DNA of 64,000 nt, from the NCBI GenBank assembly GCA_035221665.1, contig CM069131.1, positions 86,056,001 to 86,120,000 on the forward strand, read 5' to 3'. Positions within the stretch are counted from its first letter, which is position 1. Each line of letters opens with the position of its first letter. Positions 1 through 11,404 of this stretch are shown piece by piece. This stretch comes from Okamejei kenojei (Eukaryota). The notes beneath the pieces were generated by a model. It was not told where the DNA came from. It saw nothing but the letters and a program-made list of their open reading frames with translations, and did not search any database. Made by a program: the position numbers and the translations under genes.

Positions 1-550
1 AAGCGCTGGTCAGACAGCATTTGGAGTATTTTGAGCAGTTTTGGGACTCGTATCCGAGGAGGGATGTGCTGGTGTTGGAAAGGGTTCAGAGAAGGTTTAT
101 GAGAATGACAATTATTGGATGAATGTTTGAGAGCTCTGCACCTCTACTCACCGGAGTTTAGAAGGATGAGGGGGACTTCATTGAAACTTACCAAATAATT
201 AAAGGTCTAGATAGAGTGAATGTGGAGAGATGTTTCCGCTAGTGGGGGAGTCTAGGACCAGAAGCCATAGCCTCAGAATAAAAGGACATACCTTCAGAAA
301 GGAGATGAAGAGGAATTTCTTTAATCAGAGGGTGGCAAATCTGTGGAATTCATTGCCGTGGATGGTTGTGGAGGCCATCATTGGATATTTTTAAAGTGGT
401 GCTTGATAGGTTCTTTATTAGTAAGGTTGTCAAAGGTTACAGGGAGAAGGAAGGATAATGTGGTTGAGAGAGAAAGAAACATCAGCCATGATTGAATGGT
501 GGTGTAGACTCGATGGATTGAATGGCCTAATTCTGCTCCCATCACTTATG
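1..550 (+). mobile_element. CR1-clade (HER1-like) LINE 3' fragment
   Basis: Degenerate ALVRxHLEY...ERVQRRF RT C-terminus plus the characteristic tail cagccatgattgaatgg...gaatggcctaattctgctcc. Confidence 0.8.
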
Positions 551-1209
551 AACAACCTATCATGGCAGTATTTACCCTAACTACTACTGCACAAAAATAT
601 TTTCCTCTTGTCACTTCTTGTTCTTTTGTCAAGTACCTTTATTCTATCACCTCTGTTTTGTGACCCTTCCACCAATGCAGATAGATTATCTCTATGTATT
701 TTGTCTAACACCCTGATGTCCCCAACATTTTTTAATGTTTCCTTTTAACTTTGTCTGGTCCAAGGGGATCAATTCCAGTCTATTTGTAGAATCAAAGCCC
801 TTCTCTTCTGGAATCATCCAAATAAGATCTTCTATACCCTCTACAAAGCATTTTCATCTTTTCTAAAAGTATGGCACCACAAATTTGATACTCCATTTGT
901 ATCTGAATTTTATAAAGATGACCTTCGCACTCGTTACGTTCAATACAGGTTTTAACTATTTTCTCAATCAGTGTTCCACATTCAAAGAACTATGCATAAT
1001 ACCACCAGATCTCTCAGAATTGTGCCCCCTAATTTATATGCCTCTTCTCATTCTCCATACTGATGTATAACATGTGACATTAATTGACATGATGTTTCAT
1101 TTGCACTAATCTAACTATTCCATCTGTCTTTCTATATCTTCTGCAGATTTACTGCTGTATGTCCAAGTGTTTCACCATCCACAAAGTTGAAAATTGTTCC
1201 CAATATTGG

Positions 1210-3250
1210 TTTATTATTATCACATGTACTGAGATATGGCGATTTTTTTTTTTTTATGCGCTGTCCAGTCAAATCATACTATACAATACATGAGTACAAT
1301 CAAGCAATACACATATAGTCCAAAGAGAAAAAAAATGCCAAAGTGCAGAACATGGCATTACAGTTACAGAGAAAGTGCAGATAAAAATGTGTAAGGCCTG
1401 CCATGAGGTAGGTTGGGAGATCGGGATGCATCCTATCTTATGGGAAGAATATTCAGTAGTATAATAACAGCAGGGAAGAAACTATTCCTAAATCTTGTGT
1501 TACGTGCTTTCAAAATGTTGTGCCTTCTGCCCGACAGGAGAGGGGAAAAGAGGGAATGACTGGAGTGAAATGGTCCTTGATTATGTTAGCTTTCCCTAGG
1601 CAGAGTGAAATATAGATGGAGTTGGGTTGGTTGGTATGATGGGCTGGGCTACATCTACATCACTGAATTTTCCTGCGGTCTTGGGCTGAACTGTTCCCAA
1701 ACGGAAATGTGATGCATCCCATTAAGATGATTTTTAAGGTGCACTGTAGAAATTGGTAAGAGTCGTTGGAGACATGCCAAACCTCCTTTGTCTCTGTGGA
1801 AGTTATGGCAATCCCCTTCACCTGTATCCATCTATCGCTAGCCTGTATTTATCCTGTCTCTACCTATCCTCAAGCTTTCTCCCCACTATTACAATCAGTC
1901 CGAAGGGTCCCGATCCAAAACTCCACCTATTCATTTCCTCCAGATATACTGCCTGACCCACTGAGTTACTCCAACACTTTATATATTGTTTGGTAAACCA
2001 GCCTCTGCAATCTATTTGTTTCTACACTACTGTGCTTTCTTGACTATAGCTTTACTTGAATAGGTCCATAACAAATAGTTGATGATATTTACAGCTGCAA
2101 GTTGAAGTTCTTGACCATCTCCACTTTCATCACCATTGATGCTGACTAGGGTATGTGCACCATCTTGTTTCCTGAAGTTAATAATTAGCTAATTTGGCTT
2201 GCTAACATTGAGGGAGAGGTTTTTATCTGGACACCATTTTGCTAAGCTCTCTGTCTCCTTCCTGTACTCCGTCTTATCATTGTTCAAATTCAAGAATTTG
2301 GAAATGAATTTAGATGGGATTATGGAGGTGAAGGCAAAGTCAGAGTCAATAGATAAGAGTCTGACATACGTGGCCTGACACAGATGTTCCAGCAATGAGT
2401 GTAGGGTCATGTAGATGCCATTTGCAATGGACCAGTTGCAGTGGTAGGCGAATGGCAGTGGATCAATTGTGTCTGGAATGCGGGAGTAAATGTGAACCAT
2501 AAGGTCACAGTGAATAGGAGTAGAATTAGGCCATTTGACCCTTCGTGTCTATTCCACCATTCAATCATGGCTGATCTATCTCTCCCTGCTAACCCCATTC
2601 TCCTGCCCTCTCCCCATAACCCCTGACACCCTGTGCTAAGCACCATCACCAGGCTCTGGAAGCACTTCTTGATGTTGGATGTCGGAGCCACAGGACTGTA
2701 GTCATTAAGATTTTCTGTGACACTGGGATGACCGTGGTCTTCTCAAAGCAGGTGGGAACTTCGGAAAGGAATAGTGTGAGGTTACAGACACCGGTGAATA
2801 CTCCTGCCAGCTGATCCACACAGGTCTTGAGGATGCGGCCGCGGACTCCAATTGGGCCAGTTGCTTTCCACGGACTAACTCTCAGGGAAGGCAGATCTTA
2901 TATCTGCAACGTGACGGTGGGTACAGGCGCAACCGAGGCAGTTGGGGCGAATGGCGTTCGTCCACCGACCTGTTTAAAGCGTGCATAGAATGCATTAATC
3001 TCATCGGGGTTGAGCATGTTGTTGCCAACAATGCTGCCTGACTTCATGTTGTAGCCAGTTATGTAGCAGGCTTTGCCATAATGGACAGGTATCCATGTTG
3101 TTGCCTCGGGACTCTAGCCTGGTCTGGAATTTCCTCTTAGTATCCTTGATGGCTGTGCAAAGATCGTTAAAAAATCGTTTTATGATCTTTTTCGTATCGC
3201 TCAGGAGATTTGGCTGCAGCCTTAGGTTCACCGAGGAATGGATCTAGATG
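1210..3250 (-). mobile_element. Rex1/Babar-like LINE, fragmented and interrupted by a PLE end (~1820-2027) and a CR1 tail (~2500-2635)
   Basis: Minus-strand remnants YVRLLSIDSDFAFTSIIPSK and NNDKTEYRKETESLAKWCPDKNLSLNVSK (RT motifs), an LLSGRR-type C-terminal motif near 1520-1540, and a Rex1-type tail near 1210-1260. Confidence 0.75.
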
Positions 3251-4714
3251 TTTGTTTCTTTAACATAAGTGCAAGTCATTGATAATTATGAATTAAAATT
3301 ATGAATTAAAAATTCACCCTTCCACTGAGACTCTGGGAAATCCACTGTATACGTATCTCTAGTCCAACAAACAGATTTTCATATCTTAGTTGATTTTTAT
3401 ATCCATGCTGCTATAACTCACTCTACCGACTTTAATCCGGATTCAGCATTTTATCAAATAGTTTGAAAGAAAATCAGCAATTTCATTTCCCTGACTGAAC
3501 CTCTGTTATCGTCCTTGTTACCAAATTTATATTTCGCTGAGACAAGGAGGTTAGCCAGGCACAATTTTTCAGATGTTTCTGGGGATTTATTTCAATATTT
3601 TAAATAAGCGTGATGTTAAATCACTGGGACTGTCAAATTCTGAAAACGACTGCCCCGTCCATTCCAAACCCCACCCCACTGACCAGTGAATTCCTTACCA
3701 GGACACATAACGGTTCATAAATCTTTATTTTGATGAATTGAACTTTTGCAGCAATGTTCTCCAGGCATTTAAAATGACTTCACAAATCCATCACACAATT
3801 GACACCGCCTTAGCTTGGTCTGCGGACGCGTTTTAAGCCATGGTTAGTTTCTTTAAGTTCTGAAATGGAATAACTTTTCAAACTGAATTAGAATATACTT
3901 ACTGTATGAGATGCTGTTGAGCTCTTCTATTTGATACTTAAAACAGGTCTTCATTATCAACAGGGGAGAACACTGGACATTCTTGGTCAGTTTATTATTT
4001 TACAATTATATAAATTACACAGATCACTGAGTGTGAAATAAAGCTGGCAAGCCGAGGTCATGCAAGAAACGGAAGAGGGACGATACCCTTATTCAGACTG
4101 GATTGCACGCTGCTACTTTGAAGCACGTGGTCCATCCAGCAACTCAGTTCTGGCAGAAGAACATCTATCCTGTGTTAAGAAACCTAACTTTCAGGGGATT
4201 TAAATTTTGTTCAACTTCTACCTGAATTTAATCGATTTACAAAAGTTTTCGAGTTCTCCCTGCAGTCCGTTTCTTAAACACCTTTACGTTTTGCGGCTTT
4301 TTTTTTTACAGCCAAGTGCTTTAAATGCCAATTATGGCATTGTAGCAATGATAGGCATCGATATGATAAAAAGGTTAAACCTGTTTTTTTTTTGTTTGCA
4401 AACACACAGCGGTTAATTACATGACAAGACATCACCATGTCACTTACGCACAACACCGCCCTTGGAAAAGGACGAGGCAAGTTGCCTGTGGCTGCAGTTT
4501 GCAAACAAAAGAATGGGTTGTCACAATTCATTCATTTATTTGGGGAACGCATCTGAGCAGAATGAGAATCGAGCAGCGTCCCAGCGAAGCATGCAGCTAC
4601 ATCTAAGAAAGCACGAGATTGCATTGGGCTGCGAAACTATTTTGCTGATAATCTCAACTAAAAGAGTTTCAGAAACATACCAGGAATAGAGTGAACTGTC
4701 GTCCACACCTAAAA

Positions 4715-5195
4715 TAGGCACAGAATGCTGGAGCAACTCAGCGGGACAGGCAGACAAGAGAGTCAGGGGAACGAGAGACTAGAGATATGTGGACGGGTAA
4801 GGTGTGAAAACGACAGATGAAAGCATACAATGGTTAATGAAATGTAGAATGGATCATTGTTAGCTGAAGGGAAGGTGACAAGGAGACAAACAATCAGTGA
4901 AATTAATCAGGAGGACAGTGAAACTAGTCGGAGAACTAGGGTGGGAGAAGGACGGAGAGAGAGGGGAAGCAAGTTAGAGAAATCAATATTCATACCGAAT
5001 AAAGCTGGAGTAAGGGTCACTGCGGTGGGTCAGACAGCATCTCTGGAGAAAGGGAATAGGTGACATTCCTGGTGTAGACCCTTCCCCAGCCTATTCCTGC
5101 CGTTGAATAGATGCATGACGGATTAACTCAGCGGGACAGGCAGCATCTTCGTAGAGAAGGAACGGGTGACGTTTCGGGTCGAGACCCTTCTTCAG
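4715..5195 (-). mobile_element. Penelope-like (PLE) 3'-end derived elements, minus strand
   Basis: Three partial copies of the gctggagtaactcagcgggacaggcagcatctctggag...gacccttcttcagact module, with a purine-rich 3'UTR and a remnant of the endonuclease C-terminus near 4970-4996. Confidence 0.7.
5168..5195 (-). ncRNA. Minimal hammerhead ribozyme motif (intact core, GUC cleavage triplet)
   Basis: The reverse complement reads CUGAAGA-A-GGGU(CUCG)ACCC-GAAA-CGUC. Confidence 0.65.
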
Positions 5196-5393
5196 ACTGG
5201 GTTGCACGCTGGTACTTTGAAACATGTGGTCCATAGAAATTAGCAGGAGTAGGCCATTAGCCCTTCGAGTTGACCTTTTGTTAAAATACATTTATGTTTG
5301 AGAGGTACACCTGTTTTTAGCAGTTATGTAATAAGGAGAGGCATGTGAGGGGAGGAGGGAGTGAGATAGCATGGCAGAGAAGGGTAAAGGAAC

Positions 5394-5945
5394 TCCAGCG
5401 GTATGAATATTGATTTCTCCAACTTCAATTACGCCTTGCTTTCCCTCTCGCTCCATCCTTCCCAGTTCTCCGACCAGTCTGACTGTACCCTTGATTACAT
5501 TGTATCTCTGACGATGGACACAAAAAGCTGGAGTAACTCAGCGGGACAGGCAGCATCTCTGGAGAGGAATGGATGACGTTTCCTGTCGAGACCCTTCTTC
5601 AGAAGGCGTTACTCATTCCTTCGCACCAGAGATGCTGCCTGTCCCTCTGAGTTACTCCAGCGTTTTGTGTCTATCTTCGGTTTAAACCAGCATCTGCAGT
5701 TCCTTCCTACATGTTGTATATCTGTTTGCTTTCTTGTCGCCTTCTCCTAGCTAACAATGGTCTATTCTACATTTTCCTTGATCCGCATCTCTTTTGATCT
5801 CTCGCACTTCCTTATCTCCGTAACTCCCTTTCCCCTGACGCTCAGCCAGGAGAAGGGTCTCGACCCGAAACGTCCACCCATTCCTTCTCTCCAGAGATAC
5901 TGCCTGTCCCGCTGAGTTACTCCAGCATTTAGCGTCTATCTTCAG
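5394..5945 (+). mobile_element. PLE 3' end with a nested foldback copy (5511-5713)
   Basis: Begins with SSGMNIDFSNF (PLE GIY-YIG endonuclease C-terminus-like). The nested inverted-repeat copy is flanked by TTGTATCTCTG (5500-5510) and TTGTATATCTG (5714-5724). Confidence 0.75.
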
Positions 5946-5959
5946 TATAAAGGATGACC

Positions 5960-6260
5960 CAGTGGGCTCCCCCGTGGTTAAGGAGCGCTCATTCGCGGCC
6001 CCCATTCACTCCCCGGGACCTCTCTCCATTCACTCCATTGTTGCGTCTCCGCCGTATGCAGATGAGCCGGCGGGCTGGAGCCAATGGGGTGGCGAGCGGG
6101 GGGGTGGGGGCGGAGCCCGGCGGCCGGGTACATTAGCGCGGTTCCCGAGCACAGCAAGGGCTGCAACCCTGTGAGTGTGGATGGGCGGCGAGGCGAGGAG
6201 GCAGCGGCTGCAGCTCCCAGCTCTCCCTCTCTCCCTCTCTCAGCATATGACAGCACCCGG
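5960..6260 (+). promoter_or_regulatory. Candidate SLIT2 promoter: GC/CpG-rich, CCAAT box and GC box
   Basis: Abrupt GC/CpG enrichment about 0.9-1.1 kb upstream of the ATG. CCAAT at 6081-6085, GGGGCGGAG (Sp/KLF) at 6107-6115, and direct repeat CCATTCACTCC at 6002-6012 and 6026-6036. The TSS cannot be determined from sequence. Confidence 0.6.
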
Positions 6261-7116
6261 CTGCTCTGCTACTTCTAATCCTCGCTTTTAACACCCGGAG
6301 GGTCAAAGCCAAAAAAGTCAACCTACGGCCTCGACCTGATGCAACTAGGAATAGGTGCTTGACTGGGAGTGCAGCAAGCACTCACAACATTGAGCACAGC
6401 ATTGGTCTCACTGCCCACCTACGTTCAGGTGCACAGGGCAAAGCGAAGAGATTGCTAAAGAAAGCAAATCTTGTTTTCAATCAGCTTCCTGGAGAGGCAG
6501 AGAGAAAGAAACAAAAAAATAACTTGTTTGTTGTACTTGAGACCCGGACTTAAAAGAAGAATCAGAACAGGCTATCAGGACTTTAAGCATTTGGCGATAG
6601 CCAAGAATTAGTGTGCTTTAACTAGGGCGAGTGTGATCTTCTTCCCACCCAAACCCTCAGTGAATCTCATGACTGTCAGTGACAGCTTGATGGATGCTTG
6701 AAAGGAAATCAATATCTGGCGTTGTATGCGGCGCCGTCTGTTGGATCATCTCGCCTGTTGTGGTCGAACGATCCGAAGCTATTCGGTGACAAGATAATTC
6801 ATTTGGTTTGGCTGCATTCGTTCACAACCCGGAGCCTCCTACGGCGGTGATAGAAAAGGCGCTGCTGATACGTGTTATTGTCTGGGAACTGGTCTCGGTG
6901 AGTTTGCAGGCATTGTTGCAACCGCTGTTCTGCAAATCTCCGCACAACCAAAGGACTGGGGCAGAAAGAAAAAGAAAGTTGGGAGAAGAGGAGGTCATTG
7001 GCGCTCCGAAAGCGGATCTTGAAAAGAACCATTCGCATTTCATTCATCTTCGGCTTTCGTTTTTAAACGTTCCGTGTGCGTGTGTTTTATTTTAACTCGA
7101 ACTTCACCCCCTCTCG

Positions 7117-7310
7117 ATGGCAGTGATGAGTGGGTTTAGATTTTGGAGGATTTTCCTGCGGTTTCTCCTTGTGATCGGGACGAGCACTTGGGAAGAAGTT
7201 GCTGGGCAAGTTTGCCCGAATCGCTGTACCTGTGCCGGGACGGCCGTGGATTGCCACGGACTGGGGCTGCGTTCTGTTCCCAAAAGCATTCCCAGGAATA
7301 CCGAGAGGCT
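7117..7310 (+). CDS. SLIT2: SLIT2 coding exon 1 (signal peptide + LRRNT)
   Basis: ATG at 7117. Translates [64 protein letters not shown](L): a hydrophobic signal peptide followed by the Slit CPxxCxC...VDCHG...IPRNTERL motif. Donor CT|GTAAGT at 7310/7311 (phase 2). An alternative in-frame ATG lies at 7126. Confidence 0.96.
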
Positions 7311-9228
7311 GTAAGTATAACCTAGGAAGACTATTCCTAGTCTTTAATCTTGCATTTATACACGCTGTATAAGCGATGAATAACAGTCACTTCTGGATTT
7401 CGCCCCTCGTTGACCCAGTGCACAGTGCTGTGGCACTTCCCCTGCAGATTAGCTGCGGTGCACGGGTGGTATGTCTGTGCCTTTCACCGTGTGAAGCGGA
7501 CTCGACTCACTTAACGCCAGAGACTATAGGAAGCACCCCGCACGGGTCACTGTAGCCGGCGAGTTTAAACATTTGTGGATGCGTCTGGGTTTAAGCGCTT
7601 CATTTTTTTTTGATTCGCACGGGAGTATAAATATTGTCATTATACTGTTTAAGGTTTGGACACCGCAAGATGCAGCTTCGAACCTGCAAGTCTGGGAGTT
7701 TGCAACACCAGAGAGCCGGGACGATAATGAATTGTTCTGTTTGATCCACCATCCAACACCTGGGGGATGTGTGGAATAAGAGTCAATTGCAATGCCTTTG
7801 AACACAGACTTATTACTTGCTAACCGTCACGCTCGGTAGAATAAATTAGCAGCCGGGAAACATTTTGATCATTTTCCCTTTATTACACATCTGGCTGAAA
7901 TAATCACCCGAAACGGGACAGTTTTAATTGCCAAACAGGGACACATTTACAGTTCCTTGGAGACGATTAAGTCGTTTCGCGGCCATCCCAACTTGTCCAG
8001 CGATTTATTTTTTCATGTTGGATCGGAACCCCTTATCGGGGCTGGTTTCTAAAATAAAATGTATATTTGCAGCAGATTGCAGAAGGAAGAGCGCGGCCCA
8101 TGGTCGCAGTCCTCTGCACTAGCAGAGCAGCTCCATGCAGCCCATTCCCCGTACTCCCCCACCCCCCTGTTACTGCCAAGCGGGGAGTTCACTCGGATCA
8201 CACAGCGCCGGTTTTAAGCGGAATGCCCTGTGTGCTAGTCTGCGTGTCCTGTGCAAGTCCCCGAGTTGGTTTGAAAGAATTGTGCGCTTAGTTAGCGAGT
8301 GCATAAGTGGTCTCAGATGCTTGAAGGGATTACATTTCAAGGGTTTGCTGTGCTGTCAAAGATTACATTTGAACGCAGCAGACAACCGCACACTTTTCTA
8401 TGAATATTGATTTTGATTTTTAGGTTTGGTTGTTTTTGAAACCCTCGGTGACCGTATGGGTTTTCTACATTTCCTGTTTCCCATATGGCGCTTGCTTTCA
8501 ATAAAACATCAACAGTCCCCCTCCCAGCCCAATAAAGTTTCCCCTATAAAATAATTCTAATCTCATAAACGTTCAGAATGCAGCGAATGCAAACTCCCTT
8601 TGACGGCGGGAGGGCAGTTTACAGCCGAGAATATTTTCCTTTCACTTGTGAAGATTCAGGCATGTTTATATTAGCAGTGCTCGCCAGTCGATAATGATCA
8701 GATTAATAAGGACCTCCAACCGCATGTTTTTCACGTTCTGCAACTTGCGCCAAGCCATTCATCTCTGTCCGCCTTCCCAATCTTGCCCGAAACGTGCATC
8801 CTGGACCGCTGCCTGCCCTCTTGGCCCGGCTCAATGACAGCGATAGCAAAAGCCCGTGAGAAGCGCAGGTCACATTGCAGATTTTCTTCCCCGCTGTTAA
8901 TTATGTTGCAATCGTTATTTATGATCTCTTTTAAAAAATAAAATGCATGCAGAGACAAAAAGGATAAAATTACCTGCCGGGCAAATATTTTCAACACTAT
9001 TTCGGATGGGTGCGCGTTTTTGGGGGGCGTGGACAGGCACGTCCTGAATTTATCAGTGTTCTCGACAAACCGAAAAATAGCTCAAGTGTCGCCGAGTGAA
9101 ATATCAATAACCGGGCCCTGATCTGACCTTTGGTTTGCACCCTTGGTTACGCTTCAGCTCCTGTCGTGTTGTGTCGTGTTGTCTCTCCCTGTTTTATTGT
9201 CAGCCACTTTGATATTGTTTCTTTTCAG

Positions 9229-9300
9229 GGATTTGAATGGGAACAACATCACAAGAATCACCAAATCAGCCTTTTCAGGATTAAGACATATGCGAGTTCT
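9229..9300 (+). CDS. SLIT2: SLIT2 coding exon 2 (LRR)
   Basis: Acceptor ttgtttcttttcAG|G; 72 nt; encodes (L)[23 protein letters not shown](L), against recalled human SLIT2 [24 protein letters not shown]; donor CT|GTAAGT. Confidence 0.97.
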
Positions 9301-9550
9301 GTAAGTAGATCTTTCTTCTTGCACGATTTGATTACATTTCTGCTGCTTCTTGCTTCCAGCTGTTCAATTTCTGCCATCAGTGTTTCGTTTTGTTTTGTAA
9401 ATTGCAGCTTATTATTTAATACAACTTTTAACAGTCACTTATGAATGAAGTGCAGGAGCGCGGTATTGTTGGAATTAGTACAAGGGCCGAGTCAGCAAAG
9501 ACTATATCCCACAACATTGGACCCTAACATATTTACCCCTTAGTGCTGCA

Positions 9551-10434
9551 CAGTGCCCTCCATAATGTTTGGGACAAAGACCCACAATTTATTTATTTGT
9601 CTCTGTACTTCACAATTTGACATTTGTAATTAAAAAAATCACATGTGCACATTGTCGGTGTTCAATAAAGGCAATTTTTATACATTTGTTTCACCATGTA
9701 GCAATTACAGAAGTGTTTATACATAGTCCCCCTATTTCAGGGCACCATCATGTTTGGGACACAGCAATGTCATGTAAATGAAAGTAGTCATGTTTAGTGT
9801 TCTGTTGCATATCTTTGCATGTAATAACTGCTTGAAGTCTGTGATTCATGGATATCACCAGTTGCTGGGTGTCTTCTCTGCTGATGCTCTGCCAGGCCTG
9901 TATTACAAACATTACAGCTTATGCTTGTTTTGGGGGCTAGATCAATTTTCTCTTCAGCATATAAAAGGCATGGGTTCAGATTGAGTGATTGACTTGGCCA
10001 CTCAAGAATTGACTATTTTTTTTAATCTTTGAAAAACGTCCTTTGTTGCTTTAGCAGTATGTTTGGGATCATTGTCTTGCTGTAGAATGAACAGCCGGCC
10101 AATGAGTTTTGAGGCATTTGTTTGAACTTGAGCAGATAGGATGTGTCTATACACTTCAAAATTCATTATGTTGCTACCATCAGCAGTTGTATCATCAATG
10201 AAGATAAGTGAGCCAATACCTTCCAGCAGCCATACATGCCCAGGCCATAACACCCCCACCACTGTTTCACAGATGAGGTGGTATGCTTTTGATCTTGGGC
10301 TTTAATAACATCTGATAATGTGCAGTTTACCCAAATGTGATTTTTTTTTTTTCAATTGCAAATTTCAAATTGTGGAGTACAGAGGCAAATAAATAAATGA
10401 TGGGTCTTTGTCCCAAACATTATGGAGGGCACTG
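9551..10434 (-). mobile_element. Internally deleted Tc1-like DNA transposon in SLIT2 intron 2
   Basis: TIR CAGTGCCCTCCATAATGTTTGGGACAAAGACCCA at both ends; TA on the right, CA on the left; inner direct repeat at ~9745-9761. Minus-strand transposase remnant GIGSLIFIDDTTADGS...ILQQDNDPKHTAKATK at ~10030-10240. Confidence 0.92.
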
Positions 10435-11332
10435 TATGTCATGCAAAAAATCTTGCTACAGGAAAGCCTGATTCAGTTGCATGCTGTTTTGATGATTTAA
10501 TATTAATATGACAGTACACTTGGCAAGCTCAACTGGCCCACTCCGAGCCTATCTAACATGTTTTTGTTGCAGTGGTTAGTTGTAATGGATAATAGAATGC
10601 ACCAGCTTTAGAGAAGCAGGATAACAAAAATACCACTTAGCCGAGCCACAGAGACACAGCCAGTATTGTACTTCAAATGCCGGCAGTTTCAAAGATCTGA
10701 ACAATAGTCCTGCTTAAATCAGAAATGTTAATGTTCCTTTTTTTTGTTAGCGCATTCACATTTTGAACATGAGCGTGTAGGTACAACAACTTCATAATTT
10801 GAGCACTGGTCAGGTGAAATCTCTCAGAAACATCACTGTAGATGCTGTATGTAATTTCTATTAATCAAAGTATTGATGAGCTTGACATTCCAGAGCACAC
10901 TAAACACGAACGCTCCTCATGCAGCCTGTCTGCTTTCCAGCTCCTGTAACTTCAAAGTACACTTTGTGATAAATGCTTTGGTTTCATTTTTTTAACATCT
11001 TTTGGTTTGTCCTCGAACCCAAACTCCTCAGCATGTTTCTGGGGATGTTTAAAAAAATGTTTTATTGCTGAAGGGGCCTTCCCCTCCCCCCCACCACATA
11101 CTTTGTGTTCAGTTCCACACATGTAACTGGATGGGTTTCAGGTGTCAGTGGCAGGCAGAGCAAATTGGATGTGAAATCTCAAACTCCGGTACGATATGCT
11201 GTGAAAAAAGACAAGCCAGCCCACAGTCTGCTGCTAATGTTTGAAATGCACTCATTCGAGGTGTTAATGGCTGTCTGCTTGTTCGTTGCATTAAGATGCC
11301 ATGGCTTCAATTTTCTGTCATCTGCTTCACAG

Positions 11333-11404
11333 ACAGCTCATGGAAAACCAAGTAACTGCTATCGAACGGGGTGCTTTTCAGGATCTAAAGGAGCTGGAGA
11401 GACT
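11333..11404 (+). CDS. SLIT2: SLIT2 coding exon 3 (LRR)
   Basis: Acceptor tctgcttcacAG|A; 72 nt; encodes (L)[23 protein letters not shown](L); donor CT|GTAAGT. Confidence 0.97.

Larger units (their letters stand above)
5960..9180. promoter_or_regulatory. CpG-retaining, repeat-free domain over promoter, exon 1 and intron 1
   Basis: CG dinucleotides are visibly more frequent than in the flanks, and no recognisable transposon insertions occur over ~3 kb. Confidence 0.6.

Noticed and set aside
7322-7340. CTAGGAA-gacta-TTCCTAG hairpin just after the exon 1 donor
   Set aside because: A 7-bp stem is compatible with chance and does not cover the splice site.
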